64,000 nucleotides of DNA from Malacoraja senta (lineage: Eukaryota), in contig CM075990.1 of assembly GCA_038087875.1 (NCBI GenBank), positions 15,254,001 to 15,318,000 on the forward strand, given 5' to 3'. The stretch's first letter is position 1; every line of letters starts with the position of its first letter. This document shows positions 13,611 through 26,222 of the stretch, piece by piece. A program made the translations under genes and the position numbers. The notes below the pieces were generated by a model, which worked only from the letters and a program-made list of their open reading frames with translations, made no database searches and was not told the origin of the DNA.

Positions 13611-13945
13611 AGCGAAGAGGGAGAAATGACCAGGGTGGTAAAGATCCCTGATTGTGTTGGCTGCTTTCTCGAGGCAACAATTTTCCAAGTTTTCTCGGTG
13701 ACCATGTGTACATCCTCAAGTGTAACATCATGTTCCACGGGATTCTTCACAACTTGAAATATTACCTTGCCCCATATTTATGATAGGTGAACGGCAAATT
13801 GTCCCCAGGTAAATTGGCTTGTTAAATGTAAAAATAGTGTGTAGGGTAGTGTTAATATGCGGGGATCGCTGGTCGGCGCAGACCCGATGGGCCGAAGGGC
13901 CCCGTTGCCACGCTGTATCTCTAAACTAAACAAGTTTTCTTATGT

Positions 13946-14075
13946 GTTAAAGAAGGAACTGCAGATGCTGGAAAATCGAAGGTACACAAAAATGCTGGAG
14001 AAACTCAGCGGGTGCAGCAGCATCTATGGAGCGAAGGAAATAGGTAACGTTTCGGGCCGAAACCCTTCTTCAGAC
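13946..14075 (-). mobile_element. Short Penelope-tail insertion
   Basis: 12-bp TSD gttttcttatgt (13934-13945, 14076-14087); intact hammerhead-like motif. Confidence 0.85.
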
Positions 14076-15204
14076 GTTTTCTTATGTACCATCATCCCGC
14101 TGAGCGAGATACTGGAACTTGCAATTAGACCTTTTGGAAAAATTAACAAAAAAACTGGCAGATGAAAAGAATGGAAATTTACAGAGATATGTCGACATTG
14201 TCAATACTGTGTTCACCACAAAGATGAACTGAGTGTGGGATGCACACAGCCTGGCTCAGTGAGTCGTCGGAGATTAAGAAGCTTCATTTACAAATCACAA
14301 AAAGAAAATAAAGACCAGCGGTAGTCAAGGTCAGTATTTTCATTTCCGTTTCAAAGCAGTAAAGTTATTAATAAGACTTACTTTCGCAGCTTTCCCTGTT
14401 TACACTATTGGATGGGCCTGTGCAGATCAACTGTGACTGTAGCAGAGATGACATTAATAGGTATCTGTCAGGAAGAGCCTGACAAATTACCTTGGCAACA
14501 ATATTCTGACACAGTTCTACTTGCAAGCACAGTGGGAAGCACAAAGGCACCACTCTTTATGAAGAGATCATCAAGTCATTCATTGTCTAAAAACAGCACA
14601 TCGAGACATCTGGTGGCGGAGTGCAATGGGGAACAGGCCTGCTGTGCGAATGAATGTTAGGATGACAATTCTCTCACATACATTCCCGCACAGTCATTAC
14701 TTATTCAATTGTCGGACATCAGTTATGAACAACAAGAGAAAGTAACCAGGTTTGACAAGCAGTTAGAGAGAAAATTAATCCACTTCTCTCCGTGCAGTTT
14801 GAGTAGATTGGCTCCAAAAGGAACAATCGGCTTGGCACAATTTCCCTCTTGGGTCACAGGGTATTTGCCAGTGCCTCAAGGTTGCTCGGTCCAAATCCTA
14901 GAATTCACTGCCAAACAGGTTCAAGAAGGTGTCACGTCATCACATCCTCAAGGGGTACCGCAGTGGACAATAAGTACCTTTGAAGCCATCTGATATGGTG
15001 GTTTACTGCAATGGTAAGGTGGTACAGGAGCCGGAAAACTGTAACGTCCAGGTTCAGGAGCAGCTTGTTCCCTACATCCATCAATCAGGCTATTAAACAC
15101 TACAATCTCCAAATAACCTCCAAACTGCATAGACTTGCGGGCATTGGTTTTGTCTTTGCACTGTTGTAGTTTGTTTGTAGTTTACATATCTGTTGTGCTT
15201 AGTT

Positions 15205-15500
15205 GAGTTTAGAGATATGGTGCGGAAACAGGTTCTTCAGGCTATAGAGTCCTTGCCCACCAGCAACCCCCACACACTAGCACTATTCTACACATGAAGG
15301 ACAATTTACAATTGTACTGAAGGCAATTAACCAACAAACCTGTATATCTTTGGAGTGTGGGAGGAAACTGGACCGCCCAGAGAAAACCCAAGTTGCCACA
15401 GGGTGAACATACAAACTCCGTACAGACAGCACCCGTGGTCAGGATCAAACCCGAGTCTCTGGTGCTGTAGGGCAGCAACTCCACTACCGCACCACTGTGC
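15205..15500 (-). mobile_element. HE1-like SINE inside a Rex1/Babar-like remnant (about 15015-15565)
   Basis: SINE consensus features; flanks tccaggttcaggagcagcttgttccct...atcaggctattaaac and gcaagtaaggattttattgttc. Confidence 0.75.
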
Positions 15501-15567
15501 GTGCTACCGCAAGTAAGGATTTTATTGTTCTGTTTTGAGACATAGGACAACGAAACACTCTTGAATG

Positions 15568-16155
15568 CTGCCTGGATTAGAAGGTATTACAAGGAGAGTT
15601 TGCATCGACTTGGATTGGTTTCTCGGGAAAGTCAGAAGTTGAGAGGAGACCTGATAGAAGTATATAATATTACGTGAGGCATTGATTGGGTGGACAGACA
15701 GAACCTTATTACCCCAGAGTGGAACTATCAAAAACTAGAGAGATGAGAGGGGCAAAAGTTTAAAGGAGATGTGGGGGTCAAGTTATGTTTTTATACGGTG
15801 GCTGGTAGTTGCCTGGCATGTATTGCCAAGTTAAGTCAAGTCAAGTCAAGTCACTTTTATTTCTATAGCACATTTAAAAAACAACTCTCGTTGACCAAAG
15901 TGCTTTACATTGGTGGAGTTATACAACAGTGGTTCATAGATGAAGTACATACATAAATACATACATATAGCCCGCCCTCAGAGGACGTCAAGAGGCCAGA
16001 GCTGGTTGTGGAGGTAGACACAATTATTGTGTTTAAGAGGCTTTTAGATAGGCATGCAGGGAATAGAGGGATATGGACCATGGGCAGGCAGACAAGGCTA
16101 GTTTATCTTGGTATTATGTTCGGCACAGACATTTTGGACAGGTGGGTCTGTTCCA
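15568..16155 (+). mobile_element. Degenerate CR1 3' fragment carrying a minus-strand L2-type tail (about 15828-15995)
   Basis: CR1-like ggagacctgatagaag...; insert reverse complement tgtaaagcactttggtcaac...gtgctatagaaataaaagt(gactt)n. Confidence 0.65.
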
Positions 16156-16525
16156 TGCTCCACCTGCCATCCTTGGACGTAGACACCAACACAAATGCAA
16201 CAATACTTGAAGACTTTGTCCAATGTTTCTGATCCAACCAATTACGCCCCTCTCTGTTTCGGGGCTGGTAACCCTGACCCTGTATCATTCTAGCACAGAG
16301 GGCTGGTGGAACTCAGCCAGGTCAGGCAGCATCCATGGAGGGAAAGGGATAGGCAACATTTTGGGTTGGAACTCTTCATCAGTCTAAAGAAGGGTCCCGA
16401 TTCAAAAGGCAGTATTTTATTCCCTCCGCAGATGCTGCCTGACCCGCTGAGTTCCTCCAGCACTTTGCCCTTTGCTCATGAGCCCAGCATTGGCAGTTTC
16501 TTGTGCATGCTTTAAAGAGAGAGTA

Positions 16526-16823
16526 AAGGGCCTGTCCCACTTTCCCCGAGTCCTCTACTGAGTTGAAAAAAAAAAGATTTTTGTGATCTACGAACTCCTG
16601 CTCCGACTGACTATCTTTTTACTCGTGGACTTTTTTCGTCATGCTGGAAAAACCGTCCGACTTACCTGATGCCCCGAGTACCTACGGCTGGCATAAGAAC
16701 CGCTACGATATAGCTATGGACTCCTATGGACTCTACGGACTCGCAACGGACATTCTCCGAGTTTGAATCAAGGGGAAATCTCGGGAGAATTCGTGAGTAA
16801 CTTGGGAAAGTGGGACGGGCCCT
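16526..16823. mobile_element. MITE, PIF/Harbinger-like
   Basis: TIR agggcctgtcccactttccc / gggaaagtgggacgggccct; TSD not matched. Confidence 0.72.
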
Positions 16824-19349
16824 TTCAATTCAGCTCTTAGGGATAAAGGAATCAAGGGATATGGGGGAAAAGCGGGAACGGGGTACTGATTTTGGATGAT
16901 CAGCCATGATCATATTGAATGCCGGTGCTGGTCAAAGGCTGAATGGCCTACTCCTGCACCTATTTTCTATGTTTGACCTCTGCCCAGACCTCATGAATTT
17001 TAGTTTAGTGTATTGTCAAGTGTATCAATGAGAAGCTTTTGTTGCGTGCAATCCAGACAGCGGAAAGACAATACATGATTACAAGAGAGCCATTTACAGT
17101 GGATAGATACATTATAAGGGGCTAATGTTTAGAGCAAGGTAAACCAGCAAAGTCTGATCAAGGATAGTCAGAGGATCACCAATGAGGTAGATAGTAGTTC
17201 AGTATAATGGCCAATATATGCAGCACAAACACCTTGTGTTGCAGAATACTGAAACAGTGGTAGGCATTGCAATGGGTTCTGGTGGGGAAGGTAGAATAGC
17301 CAGTAGTAAAGGAAGATCCACACCAACGGAATCGACCAGCTTTTGTGGATAGAAGTGAATTTCGTCGGCAGGAATATCATAGTTGTTTCAATTGCTAACA
17401 AGCTTAAAATAGAGATTAACAGACAGATGGAGAAACAAGGAACTGCAATGCTGGTTTATAAAAAAGACACAAAGTGCTGGAGTGACTCAGTGGGTCAGGT
17501 AGCATCTCTGGAGAAAATGAATAGTTGACCTTTCAGGTTGGGACCCTTCTACAGGCAGATCTCTGAGAATCTTTGACGAGCAGATCACTGACATTTGCTA
17601 CATGGCCAATTTTATTAGGAGAGGCGTGAGGGGCAGGGAAACAAAGTGTGATTCTGTTCAAATGGTTAAAGGTTGGTAGGACAGACAATGGATGGCAGAG
17701 GAAAAAATGGGCTGCAACAGCATCCGGACCTTAAGACAGATTTGCAATGTTGAAGGAGAATAATATCAAGTTGTTTCACACCACCAGACCCCGGAGATTT
17801 CTGGAGCCTTTTGTGAAGAAATTGCTAATAGCTGGTCACATAAAAAAATAAAAAAAAAACAACAAAAAAAACTGCAGATGCTGGAACAAAAACAGAAAAG
17901 GTTGGTAACATGCTTATAGGTCAGGCAGCAATAGTGGGTGTGGAAAGATAAATCGATTTAGTGTTTCAGGTCAAAGCCTCTGTCAGAATGAAGGTAAACA
18001 TTCCTTGGTAGCTCACACAACAACAGCCAAGTGTTGGAAGTGCAGATCACCAACAGCACGACCAATTCTTGAAAGGGTATGCAATATGTGTAGGAAGAAA
18101 CTGCAGCTGTATGTTTACACCAAAGGTAGATGCTAAATGCTGGAGTATATCTATTCCTACCATGTGGAATTCATTGCCACAGAAGGCTGTGGAGGCCGTC
18201 AATGGATATATTTTAAGGCAGAGATAGATAGATTCTTGATTAGTACAGGTGTCAGGGATACAGGGAGAAGGTAGGAAAATGGTATCGAGAGAGAAAGATA
18301 GATCAGCCATGATTAAATGGTGGAGTAGACTTGATCGGCTGAATGGCCTCAACACTTATGAATGTGAGCAGGTCAGGTAACATGTCCAGTGAAAAGGAAT
18401 TGACGATGTTTTGGGATAAGACCCTCCTTCAGACTAAGAGTTAGGGGCGAGGGATACTAGAGGAATGAAAATGTACAGAACAAATCAGAGTCGGCATCCA
18501 TGATTCAAGAAAGGTGGAGCCCAACAATGGTCCTTTGTTGGCTGTGCAAGAGGTGATATTCAAGGCATATAAACAGTGAAACTAGCAAGATGACTAGGGT
18601 GAGAGAGGGACAGAGAGAGAGAGAGAGAGAGAGAATGCAAAGGTTACTTAAAAATAGAGAAATCAATATTCACGCTGCAATAGTGTGGCTTGGACAACAT
18701 TGTGGAGGGATGCCGCTGCTGTTAGATGCAGTAGTATCAGTGGTAACTTGACTCCCTTCCATACCATCCAGCTGCACACCAAAATAAAGGAAATGATGAC
18801 TGAGACAGTTCCTAAGCATAAGGTTCCCTCAAGCAATGAAGGCTCAATTTCAGCACGAGTTTTAGTCAATACGTGTTATGGAATGGGTGACGTTTCATGT
18901 CGAGATCCTTCTTCAGACTGAATAGCAGAATTACCTGCATACAGTACAACATTAGGCTCGAAGGGCCGAATGGCCTCCTCCTGCACCTATTTTCCATGTT
19001 TCTATGTAACAAATTTGAAAATTCCCCATCACAATATCAACTCTTTGGGTTTGTGCCTTCAATATGCAAGTTAATTTTTTGCCATAATGAATAGTATACC
19101 AGTCTCCGAGCATAGAAATACTTCCTTCCATATAAAATGTAATTTGCCCTGGGATTTCAAAGCAACAATATTTCACTTGCGGCATTGTTATACAGCAACA
19201 TATCCCTTCCATAAATCTGGAACTATTCTACATCCACAACCTTTCTAAATGGGCCATAACACTCTTCCTTATTCAACATTCTTAAAAAGACATGAAAGAC
19301 TCTGGAGAAGTGATATATTTTTTCTTACACTTTCCCTCAAAACATGGGG

Positions 19350-19615
19350 GCTGCAGAGTGGCGCAGTTGCTGCCTTACGACACCAGGGTCATGGGTTAGT
19401 TGCTGACTGTGGGTGTTTTGACAGAGTTTGTACGTTCTCCCTGTGACCGCACAGGTTTCTCCGGGTGCTTTGATTTCCTCCCACATTCCAAAGACGTGCA
19501 AGTTTTTAGGTTGATTGGCTTCCGTAAATTGTCCCGTTGTGTGTCGTGTCTGGATAATTGTTGGTCGGCATGGACTCGGTGGGCCGAAGGGCCTGTGTCC
19601 ATGCTGCATCTCCAA
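19350..19615 (+). mobile_element. HE1-like SINE
   Basis: Core and tail motifs present. Confidence 0.8.
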
Positions 19616-19654
19616 ACATGCCTCCTCTCCTGCTCAATGGCATTAAACCTGTTA

Positions 19655-19972
19655 AGGGCCTGTCCCACTGTACGAGCAAATTCAAGAGTTCTCCCGAGTG
19701 TCCCCTGATTCACTCGGAGAATTACGGTAATGGCCGCTCGTAGGTACTCGGGGCTATCGTGGACATTTTTCAACATGTTGAAAAATCTTCACGAGTCTTC
19801 ACGACCTTACCGCGTTTCCCGAGTACCTGCCGTTAGCGTTACGAACCGCTAAGAGACGTCCCCGAGCTCCGACGTACCCGCTACGTACATTCTACGTGCT
19901 TACCACGAGTTTTGATTTGATTTTTTTCACTCGGGAGAGCTCTTGAATTACCTCGTACAGTGGGACAGGCCT
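19655..19972. mobile_element. MITE, PIF/Harbinger-like
   Basis: About 43-bp TIRs ggcctgtcccactgtacgag..aattcaagag.tctcccgagtg; TTA on both sides. Confidence 0.82.
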
Positions 19973-20374
19973 TTACTTTGCTTGTACCTGGGGGAATCTT
20001 TGCTGGAAACGTCAGTACAGAGCTGGGCAAAACTCAACTCACCTGCAGCCTTTCCACACCTTCATATTCTGTACAAGCGACAAGCATGTGCACAGCGAAA
20101 AGCTGGTGTCTGTAGGAAGATCTTGCCAGGATATGAAGGGAGATGATCAACAACCCGTCAGCACAAAGACATCAAAAAATGGAAAGGAGGAAGAAAGTTG
20201 TCAGGGAACGGGATGGATCTTTTACAGCACTGTAGGAGTTGGCTGTCTTCCGATAATCAGCATATTTGAAATACTTCCTTTTATTTTTCCGTCAAATCTT
20301 TTCATTTGCAACTCACAGTGCATCTCTTCTAAAATAAATTTCTTTGCATCCGAGCAGTTTGGTGAACGCACAAA

Positions 20375-20419
20375 CACACACACACAGACACACACACACA
20401 GACACACACACACACACAG
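20375..20419. repeat. (CA)n microsatellite, interrupted
   Basis: Direct reading. Confidence 0.9.
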
Positions 20420-20603
20420 ATGAAGTACCTTCCTGTCGATGACTCACTCATGCCAATGGGACACCTTATTTTGCCAGGAGAAGTCACTTAAAGGGTGGTA
20501 TTTGGCATTGGAGGAAGTGCTGGGATGGAAATCATCCTTCCCCAAAGGAAGATCAATTAGTTGAGGAACTTGTAGACCCGTGTAGCAAGGCACAATCCTT
20601 AAA

Positions 20604-21434
20604 TGTGTATGTAGGAAGGAACTGCAGATGCTGGTCCAAACCGACGTTAGACACAAAAAACTGGAGTAACTCAGCGGGCCAGGCAGCATCTCTGGAGAGA
20701 AAGGAATGGGTGACATTTTGGGTTGAGACCCTTCTTCAGACTAGTTAGGGATAAGGGGGAATTAGAAACAAGTGAGGCTAAATTTTAAGAATAAGGAGTA
20801 AGCCATTTAGAACGGAGACGAGGAAACACTTTTTCTCACAGAGAGTGGTGAGTCTGTCGAATTCTCTGCCTCAGAGGGCGGTGGAGGCAGGTTCTCTGGA
20901 TACTTTCAAGAGAGAGCTAGATAGGGCTCTTAAAAATAGTGGAGTCAGGGGATATGGGAGAAGGCAGGAATGCGGTACTGATTGGGATGATCAGCCATGA
21001 TCACATTGAATGGCGGTGCTGGCTCGAAGGGCCAAATGGCCTACTCCTGCACCTATTGTCTATTGTCTAAATGCAAATTGGAGGAACAGCATCTCATATT
21101 TCGCTTGGGCAACTTACAGCCCAGTGGTATGAATATTGATTTCTCTAACTTCAAGTAACCCCGGTATTCCCTCTCTCTCGATCCCTCCCCCACCCAAGTC
21201 ACACCAGCTTCTCATTTTCACCCAACAAACAACTAACAAAGGCCTGTCTCCTCAATCATTGTTACTGTTTTTGCATATCTTTCATTCATTGTTCTTTATC
21301 TCTCTACATCATTGTCTAGATCTCTCGTTTCCTTATCCCTAACTAGTCTGAAGAAGGGCCTCGACCCGAAACGCCACCCATTCCTCCTCTCCAGAGATGC
21401 TGCCTGTCCCACTGAGTTACTCCAGCTTTTTGTG
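20604..21434 (+). mobile_element. Penelope 3' fragment with inverted tail copy, interrupted by a CR1 3' end (20784-21066)
   Basis: Outer TSD acaatccttaaa (20592-20603, 21435-21446); inner repeat ctaaat (20778-20783, 21067-21072). Confidence 0.82.
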
Positions 21435-23282
21435 ACAATCCTTAAAAAGATTACACTGTGTGAGAAACATTGATATTGTGCAAGCAATGATGAGAATCTC
21501 ATAGGGCGTTCTAAGTTCGGGGGGAAATAAACGCAATCCGCACTCAGTTGAAGATAAGTTGCTTTCACTGCAATGGGAGGAAAGTTTTCTATTTGGTGGT
21601 GTCTTAAATTGTGTACTTTACAAGTAAATTCACATTTGCAATTATCATACGAGTTCCTCGAGTCAAACATACAGTAACAGGTCCCTTTGACCTACCATGT
21701 CCACCTGACCCATCAAGTAGCCATCTATACTGATCCAATTTGTGCCCATTGCTGACTATACTTCAGCGTATCTTGTGCCTGTCCAGATTCCTAAGTATTC
21801 TGAGAGTACTCATAACACGACCTTCTCTGGTCTGCATTGCAGATTTTAACCACCCTCGAGCTGAAAAAAAAATCTTCCTTTGATCCCCTCAAAACATTTT
21901 GCTCCTCATCTTAAAGCTTTGCCTTTTGGTCTTAGGCACCTCTAGCAAAGGGAAGAAGACCCATGGCACAGATCTGAAGTTCTGCTGAGGGGCAAGTCTA
22001 AGAGGCATCTTTTGTTAATAAACTCCTCGGAGGAAGTCACCGAGGATTCTCTGTCCCACGGCCCACGTTGCTGACTACCCAGCTTCACTATCACCCCCTT
22101 TCCTCAGTTTATGTTAGCTGATCACCGCTCTTCCCGCTCGGAAGCCAGAATAAGCGACAAGAACCATCGCCGAGCCCCTGGCTGGATTGCACAATTAGGC
22201 TCGCTCACCCGAGCGATCTTCACATTGGAAAGCGGGCTTGAGGATTTCAATGGTCTGCCACTCTCCTTCCTCAAGCAGCATGCATGGCTTCATTATTGCT
22301 GCTTTCAGTCTCAGCGCTTGGATGACAACAGGAAGTCATTAGGCAACGCTGCTCTATGTATCTCTGGTCTGCCATCAACCACTCTGTCACACTCAACTGG
22401 CTGATCAGGGTTGCCTGGGGATAAAGATTGCTGGAGAGCTCACATTGACACGTAGAATGATTGGCTTGGCACCACATGAGTGTTCAAAGCACTAAATCAT
22501 GGGGGTTTTTCCAATTCAAGAAGTGTCCATTATCATATCAATGACTCCCTCCACTGCAAGAGAATCCACACACTCCAAGTAGCTCGCTCAACCACGACTA
22601 ATTGGTCATAACCTATTGATCATGAAGCCATGCCACATCTCACTGTCAGGCTGTGCGGGACAGCTGAGGGTCACTGTAGGGTCACAGGAAGGAAAGCGAG
22701 GATGAGTTTTGACAACGGGGCTGCCAACCATTCACTTCCCTTGTGGCAACCTGTACCATTCATCTCTTCAGGTCTGTCAATGGCTTCACATAGAAAATAG
22801 GTGCAGGTGTAAGCCATTCGGCCCTTCAAGCCAGCTGGATCATCCAAAATCAGCACCCTGTTCCTGCTTTCTCCCATATCGCTTGATTCCATTAGTCCCA
22901 AGAGCTAAATCAAACTCATTCTTGCAGTCATCGTCCCCATACCTCAGCAATTTACTCCAGCCACATAAACCCCCCAAATAACTGCTCTTCTCCAGTACTG
23001 CCCCCCCCCCCCTCAGAATTAACCACTCCAGAAGAGATAACTGGGCTTCCCAGCTGTCTAGGCCCCAAGTTCTGGAATTCTCTCCTCAATCCACCTGATC
23101 ATTTTACGATGCGATACGATAGAACTTTATTTATCCCAGGAGGGAACTTGATCTGCCAACAATCATAAAAACAACCGCAAACAATCTAATCTTGATTGAG
23201 TTGAGTTTGTCGTCATGTGCACCAGGGTGCAGCGAAAATCACCTGTTTGGGTGCTATCAAGTCAGCGGGAAGTCTATACAAG

Positions 23283-23650
23283 ATTTGGGGAGAACTGGGG
23301 TCGGTGACTGGACATTGTGCCTTCCCCCACAGTGGTAACCATTGTGGGGGGATGATCTTGTGTGTAGTGTGTAGTGTCTATGTTAGTCTATGTCCAAGAT
23401 GGCGGTCGGAAGGGAGAGTGGACGCTGGCGCGGTTTGGCTGCCGCTTCCGCTGCTCTCCCTTCACATTGTGTTTCTGAATTTTGTTGTTGTCTTTTTTGG
23501 ATCGAATTTCTGTCTTTAATTTGTGTATTGTTTTGTCTTTATAACTTATTTTACTCTGATTATATGTTTCTTTGTTAAATATTGTAAGGTGTCCTTGAGA
23601 CTTTCGTATAGGCGCCCTTAAATAAAATCTATTATAATTATTATTATTAT
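23283..23650 (+). mobile_element. Non-autonomous retroposon with L2-type tail and (att)n
   Basis: Hairpin cccccacagtgg/ccattgtgggggg, aagatggcgg, tail tgtaaggtgtccttgag...ggcgcccttaaataaaat(att)n; possible tacaa TSD. Confidence 0.6.
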
Positions 23651-23694
23651 TACAATTGAGCGTACACAGTGTACGGGTACATGATAAAGAGAAT

Positions 23695-23837
23695 GGGGTG
23701 GGAGATTGCAACCTTCACGTGGTCCGCCCTATTTCGACGAATGCGATCAACCTGGCGTGCACAATCAAATAAGATCAAACAGAACCAGTTATCCTACAAC
23801 TTTAGGCTGTGCATATACGCATACGCAAGAAGAAGAA
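23695..23837 (+). mobile_element. Short (AAG)n-tailed retroposon (possibly Nimb/I-group 3' end)
   Basis: 12-bp TSD gataaagagaat (23683-23694, 23838-23849); ends gcaagaagaagaa. Confidence 0.7.
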
Positions 23838-24862
23838 GATAAAGAGAATAACATTTAGTGCAAGATAAAGTCCAGTAAAGTCAGATTAAAGATCGTCCAA
23901 GGGTCTCCAAGATAGTAGCTCAGAACTGCTCTCTAGTTGGTAATAGGGTGGTTCAGTTGCCTGACAACAGCTGGGAGGAAACTATCCCTCAATCTGGAGG
24001 TATGCATTTTCACACCTCTGTTCCTCTAGTTATAGAGAGATGCAGGATAGAAATGTCCTGTCAATCTACCAATAAACCAGTATTTATACGAACCCTGTTT
24101 TTTTTATTCTCTCTACATTCTCCTCAGCTACATTTCCCCCACCTACATACTCGGGGCAATTTACAGAAGGCCATTTAACCTACTGACCCCGCAAGTCTTT
24201 GGGACATGGGAGGAAACCCACACTGTCACTGGGAAAACATGCAAACTACACAAAGATCATACCCGAGGTCAGAGCTGAACGTGGGGTATAAAAAGGATGA
24301 GTAGCCGCATGGAAGGGGGGTCTAAAACTAGACCATATAGGTTTAAGATGAGAAGGGAAAGATTTCAAAGAATCCTGAGTGAGTAACATTTTCGCATGGG
24401 TGGGGGTGGGGGGGGGGGGGCGGGGGGGGGGGGGGGGGTGCATATATGGAACAAGTTGAAAGGAAGTGATCGAAGAGCGACAATGACAACACTTAAGACA
24501 CTTGGGCCCGGCACAGGCAAGTGGGATTAGGTGGGTTGGGCAACTTGGTTAGCAGGGACAAGTTGGGCCGAGCAGCCTGTTTCCATGCTCTATAGCTCTA
24601 TGATTCTGGCACTGCTATTCAATGGCTCTATGGGCTGCACCACTGTGCCTGCTAACCTCTTGAAGATGCTCTAAAACCTCTTCCCCCAATCAAGATTATG
24701 CCTGTCTTCCAAAAATGGTATTGCTCCTTCCTCAAAATGTTAAACTGAAATGAGTGATTCACTTTTTGACATCTCAAGGCCTTTCCACCACCCACATGGC
24801 ACAAGTCAGGAGTGTGATGGATTGAATACTCTTCCCTTGTCTGGATGCGTGCACCACTCTTA

Positions 24863-25938
24863 AGGGCCTGTCCCACTTGGGCGACCTAATACGCGGGTTC
24901 TGGCAAGTTTGCCCTCGACTCATACTCGCAGCATGGTCGACACGAGGTCGTAGGAGGTCTTTGTAACTCTCCTTCATGCTCGATCGTCCCCGTGTACTCG
25001 AGGCCTCAGCTAGGTCGCGTCGTATTTTTCAACACGTTGAAAAATGCCGACGAGTAAAAACAAAAAAAGGTCGCCATGGAAATAATTGATACTTTTTTAC
25101 TCATAGGTTTAGTCGTAGTAGGTAGTAGTAGGTCGTCATGTTAGTCGTAGGTAATCGAGGGTATTTGAAGGTAGTCTTCATCATAGTTGAAGGGAGGTCG
25201 AAGGAGTCCAATTTTCGGTGTCCAATTTTCCCGAAGTTAGTCGTAGCTAGTTGAAGCTAGTCTTCTACATAGTAAAAGGAGGTCTTCATCTTTATTTTAT
25301 TTTTTTTTACACTAGAAAAGGAAAAGATTGAAAGAAAGAAGAAAGTGAAGGAAAAAGTGAAAGTGTAGAAAATGTGACAACAAAAAAGGACGAAGACCCT
25401 ATAAGAGCAAAATTAAAAACAAAAGATAAAGAGTTAAGAAATAGACCCTAGCAAAGAAAGAGAGAGAGAAAGAGGAAAAAGAGAGAAACAAATATTTTTA
25501 TGAGCATTACGTAAATGGGACATACCAACTCTTCAACTATCATCCCCCCTTACCTGACCTCAATTTTTTTTAAAGTACTTTTGCACCCTATGTTTGTAAT
25601 AATTCTATAAATGCAGACCACGTCAGGTGGAAGTGATCTGGTTTACCTGCTAGGAGGAGTCTTATCTCTTCTAGGTGTAATGTTTCAAACATATTTGAAA
25701 TCCACATATTTATAGTTGGTATTGGAGCCTTCTTCCAAAATTTTAGAATTAGCTTTTTTCCAGTTATTAACCCATAGTCCATTAGTTTCTTTTGAAACAC
25801 ATTTAGTTCTGGACCATCTTCCGTTATACCGAAGATAATCCATTCTGCTTTGGGTATCAGTCTTGTTTTAAATAACTTTGTAAAGATAGGTCTTCAACAT
25901 GACATTTTTTCAAACTCTCCTAAACCCACCAATTAGGT
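24863..25938. mobile_element. Harbinger-like MITE interrupted by L1; right TIR truncated
   Basis: tta + agggcctgtcccacttggg left end; body resumes after the L1 insert. Confidence 0.65.
25289..25887 (-). mobile_element. 5'-truncated L1-clade LINE (ORF2 C-terminus, 3' UTR, A-rich tail)
   Basis: GKKLILKFWKKAPIPTINMWISNMFETLHLEEIR...FHLTWSAF; TSD aggtcttca (25280-25288, 25888-25896). Confidence 0.85.
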
Positions 25939-25944
25939 TGTGGG

Positions 25945-26222
25945 GTTATGGCAGCAGTGGTAGAGTTGCTGCCTCACAGCGGCAGAGACCCAGGTTTGAT
26001 CCCCACTACAGGTGCTGTCTGTGCGGAGTTTGTACCTTCTCTCCATGATGGCATGGGTTTTCTCTGGGTGCTCCGTTTCCCCCCACACTCCAAAGGTGTG
26101 CAGGTTTGCAGGCTAATTGGCTTCGGTAAAACTGGTAAATTGTCCCTAGTGTGCAGGAATCGCTGGTCGGCACGGACTCGGTGGGCCGAAGGGCCTGTTT
26201 CCATGCTGTGTCTCGATACTAA
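25945..26222 (+). mobile_element. HE1-like SINE
   Basis: Head, core and tail motifs present. Confidence 0.85.

Noticed and set aside
24397..24440. G-run, potential G-quadruplex
   Set aside because: Homopolymer expansion within a decayed CR1 fragment; length may be error-prone.
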